This document shows, in pieces, positions 58,420 through 64,000 of a DNA stretch of 64,000 bases. Position numbers and translations under genes: made by a program. Position 1 is the stretch's first letter, and every line of letters begins with the position of its first letter. The stretch is from Eledone cirrhosa (lineage: Eukaryota), in the NCBI GenBank assembly GCA_964016885.1, contig OZ024743.1:22692001-22756000 (forward strand), written 5' to 3'. A model generated the notes under the pieces. The model did no database searches, was not told the origin of the DNA, and saw only the letters and a program-made list of their open reading frames with translations.

Positions 58420-58805
58420 ATGCACTAACACACATCTACACACACACATATGCTCTCACAGCACTAACACACATCTACACACATGCACTAACCCACATCT
58501 ACACACATGCACTAACACACATCTACACACATGCACTAACACACATCTACACACATCTACCCACACACACATGTACTCACAGCACTAACACACATCTACA
58601 CACATCTACACACACACATGCACTCACAGCACTAACACACATCTACACACATCTACACACACATACATGCTCTCACAGCACTAACACACATCTACACACA
58701 TGCACTAACACACATCTACACACATCTACACACACACACATGCACTCACAGCACTAACACACATCTACACACATGCACTAACACACATCTACACACATGC
58801 TCTCA
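58420..58805. repeat. CA-derived minisatellite (gcactaacacacatctacacacat-like units)
   Basis: Repeated 24-bp units plus longer variant units. Confidence 0.9.
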
Positions 58806-59269
58806 CATAGACAAAGGAGAGCAGCTACCAAGATATATATATATATTCACATATGTTTATTTATACACACCAACGCCACCCAACACATGTACACACACAT
58901 ATATATATATTTATTTATATATGTATATATATGTATTGGATATTTGTACCATGTTTGTGTGTATATATATATATATACAAACCTGGTACAAATATCCAAT
59001 GGTTCAGAGTACTCAGATCGTGGATCGAGTTATGTATAATCAGCTACAACAGTGGCATATTCAGATACTTATGCTTCATTGAGTTATTCAGTCTGCCATA
59101 CGAGAATTCTAATTGCAGGAAAGCCTTAAAATTTCAATTAGTTAAATAAATAATATGTTACGGAGAGAATTCTAACGAGAAACGCTGGGTAACTTGTGTT
59201 CATAGGGAGAACAAGATTTAATTTGAAAATTCGAAAATTTTAGTCTAGCCTCAACCATCTCTTCAGAAA

Positions 59270-59910
59270 GAATTTCGATTGGTTAGGGCTTCGATGGAAA
59301 AAATTCCAGTGGTGTATTTAGGCAGCGTTTGTCAGGGCAGTTGTGAGAGTATAATCAGCTTCTCTGCACTCCATATCTGACAAGACTTCGCTTCATTGAT
59401 GTAAGGGTGAATTTTTCCAATATCTTTCATTTTGGGAAGAATACTGTGCTAGTTTCTTTGGGGTCCCACATGTGGTTTTTCGAGCTACCGAATACTTTAC
59501 TTGTCAGGATGTCTGAAGATCGTTTCGTTGTTCATGAAGCGACTTTTGAAACGGCTCTCTGACATACCTACATAAGTCCAGGCTTCTGTTAGTGGAGTCT
59601 GTTTGGTGATTGTCACTTCTGTTGCACTGTTGGTCAATGAGGCATGCTTCTGGCCTTCTGCTTCAACATCAGGAAGGTGATAGGCTCTTGCGTTTATTGG
59701 AAATATTAGATTTATATATGTTTAGGGCATGAGTAGCATATTTTTCCCTGTGTGGCGGTTAAAAATCTGCCAGTATTTATGGCATACAGGGAAGTGTGAA
59801 TCTAAAAGAGCTAGGAATTTTCTACTTACGTTAAGTTAGTCTTGACGGTAAGCGCAAAAGGCAGAGCAAGCCACACGACAGCGTTATGCTTCTATTTTTC
59901 TTGCTAGATA
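59270..59910 (-). mobile_element. Decayed Penelope-like element ORF 3' end
   Basis: WLALPFALTVKTN..RKFLALLDSHFPVCHKYWQIFNRHT..CYSCPN; TYVGMSESRFKSRF; PYINEAKSCQIWSAEKLIIL. Confidence 0.8.
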
Positions 59911-60135
59911 CAGATACGGTGGTGATCTGGAGAGTAAAAGATTTTCTCTGAGAAGCTGCTGAGGCTTGGGGCTGTGTGTAGTAGGATGTCGTGCTGTCAA
60001 AGATAGCTGTGCTAGATGAGAAACTAGATGACATTTTTGAAGATTATATGTGGGTTACTAGAATCCTTGTGAATGCACCTAAACTTTTAGAATCTCATAC
60101 TCCTGCAGAACCTTCCACATCAGGTCTACGAAACA

Positions 60136-60182
<47 letters not shown>

Positions 60183-60560
60183 GTATATATATGTGTGTGT
60201 GTGTGAGTGTGTGTGTGTGTATGTGTGTGTGTCTATATACTCATACTCCAAAATCATACATACATATTCACATACAAACATCTGTTTTCATAAGAAATAT
60301 TCTTACAGTGTATGTCAGATCCAGCATAGAAAATACAAACACATTGGAAATTGTATCATCGACATGGTTTACTCATTAATTTGAAACAGGTAAATGTATG
60401 TGAAGGTATCAAGTGTAATGTTCTGGTATCATTTCTGCTGGTGCACCAAATTTAGCGACCTGCAGATACCCATTGACTGGATATCTTACAACTTATACAT
60501 TTCAGTACCCTGCTTCCTAGTATATTGTTTTAAGCGTTTTCACTTTCTTAAGTGAAATTA

Positions 60561-61940
<1,380 letters not shown>

Positions 61941-63374
61941 AGTGGTACAAACTAAAGAAAGAGTGGGGAGGACCAAGCAATGTAGCTAACGCAGTGTACT
62001 TGCCAATGATACGGCTAGAGATGAGAATCTCTCTATATATATGTCATGGGTGTTAGATAGCCTTTCAGTGACTAGTAGATTTTCATCCTGCGTAGAGGCT
62101 CCTTCGTTAGATTGCTTCATCTCTATTCGTATCATTGTCAAGTACAATGCATTAGTTACACTGTGTGGTCCTCCCTCTCATCCTTTGTATCGCTGCTGCA
62201 ACTATATATATATATATATATATATAATATTTTACGAATAAACGATAACACTGCAGACAGCACGTTTGACGATGTTTACAACAACAATCAACAACAACAG
62301 CATCAAAAGCAACAAGAATAACAACAAAAACATCAACATTTGCACGTACACAAACATTCTATTAAACGAAATTATTCCAAATCCAGCTCCAATTTCTTCA
62401 TTTGTAAATAATATTACTGGAAGAAAGCGTTGATATGAAACATATCGAGGAGAAAGACATATGTCAGTTTTATGTCAATAAAGTGAACGTTTTACTGCCA
62501 GAATCCATTACTCGAACACAAGAGCGAAGACAAGTTACACACCTGGTAAAAAAAAAAATAGAAACACCGAGAAACGGATGACATCCTACTAAATTGTGAG
62601 TATGGCAACCAGATGGTGGCCGAAGGGCATCGGTGATTAATTTTGAAAAAGTCGAAAATCCCTCCTCCCCTAAAAAACAAAAACAGTTATGCAAAATGCA
62701 ACTAGAGAGTACGAGGGGAATCTCTTATTTGATAAGGTGTCGAACTTCTGAAAAGTAGAACAGTTCTACTGACTTATTATATTTCATAGCTATTCAGAAT
62801 ATCAATCAAAGATTCATCAATCTTAAACATAAAATACATTATCTACTTTCAGATCTTGAAGAATCACTCCGTTTTTATCCAAACCTCCGCCTCCGCTTAT
62901 TAAATTTTGCTAATCTATCTCCAGGGAAATTTTATTGTAAGTGATTCATATCGATACAGCAGCTAGAAAATCTAATAATAATTTTATTTTACATTAAAAA
63001 AACCCATTATATATAACAAAAGAAGAACATTACAAGAAATCCCATAGTCACGAACGTATACTATACAATTACCGATCCTCCCACCCGTTTACTCAAACTT
63101 ATAAGAATTTAAGCAGATGTCCATCCCCCACCACCACTCCGGCCTATTCCAACCCCACCTATTATTTGGGACCCGAGAGTACAAATGAAATACATTTAGT
63201 GAAAAAACTACAATTGACTTCGACATTCATGTGATCACTTGAACCTGTTGTAACCATTATTTACGACATAAAGGCCGAGTATATGAAACCATGGCCTGAA
63301 ATTTATTCCAGGCTTACCCTATAAATATTAAACATGCGTGTGTATGTATGTGTGTGTGTGTGTGTGTGTATGTA

Positions 63375-63405
<31 letters not shown>

Positions 63406-63930
63406 TAAATGTAGTATAGTACTATAGTATAAATCAGTTAGCGCGGGGCCCGTTGCAAATACTACTTATACTAGTAGGTTAACCCGGCATTGTGTATATA
63501 TACTAGTGTAAATACAGATAGCTTATTGTTCAGGATGTTGCCCTCATGATAGTAAGGCCACGAGTTCAATTACTGGACCGGGTGTGGTTTTTGACCTTGA
63601 ACAATACAATTTATTTCACGTTATTCTTGGTAAGTCAACTGCCAAAAATGAGCCGTGCCGGTAATGGAAATGACCGAACTTTCTCTCTCTCTCTCTCTTT
63701 CCCTCACTCTCTCTCTCTCTCTATCTCTCTCTCTCCCTCTCTCTTTATATATATATATATACATAACAAGAACAATGATAATATATATATATATCTATCT
63801 ATATATTTATTAAAATAACAGATTAAAGTTTAAGCAAAGAATCGCTGCTTTCACCCTTAACGGGATCTTCTGAAACTAACAATTTGAATTTTTTGAAACT
63901 TTGGATTTTAGTCTTCAAATTTATTATTAT

Positions 63931-63972
<42 letters not shown>

Positions 63973-64000
63973 AGAATTCCGCTGCGTTCCGATTTGGAAG

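Noticed and set aside
59150-59250. Hammerhead downstream of the PLE ORF at 59.3-59.9 kb
   Set aside because: CUGAAGA is present on the minus strand, but the GAAAC/GUH half is too degenerate to call.

Overview
AT-rich animal genomic DNA saturated with microsatellites. The SINE and microsatellite complement looks like Octopus or another coleoid cephalopod (inference). The only convincing host coding sequence is one 1,402-bp internal exon on the minus strand (29184-30585) of a long coiled-coil protein resembling the SOGA/MTCL family; the rest is probably intron or intergenic. Almost all ORFs in the supplied track are microsatellite artefacts. Mobile elements: a 5'-truncated RTE LINE with a 508-aa RT ORF, Tx1/L1 and Ingi/Vingi-like LINE fragments, two tRNA-derived SINE families, an RTE-derived non-autonomous element in two copies, two MITEs and four decayed Penelope-like element (PLE) ORFs with GIY-YIG motifs. 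The most striking signal is a set of at least 8 sequence-distinct families of short (about 100-700 bp) cassettes sitting in (TA)n tracts. Most are inverted repeats. They carry a type I hammerhead ribozyme fold (CUGANGA...GAAAC-palindromic loop-GUH), often with a greatly expanded helix II. Several families also share a 13-nt tail motif (RYATNGAGTRCTC). I read these as non-autonomous or terminal PLE pLTR cassettes. All folds and alignments were done by eye; ribozyme activity is untested.
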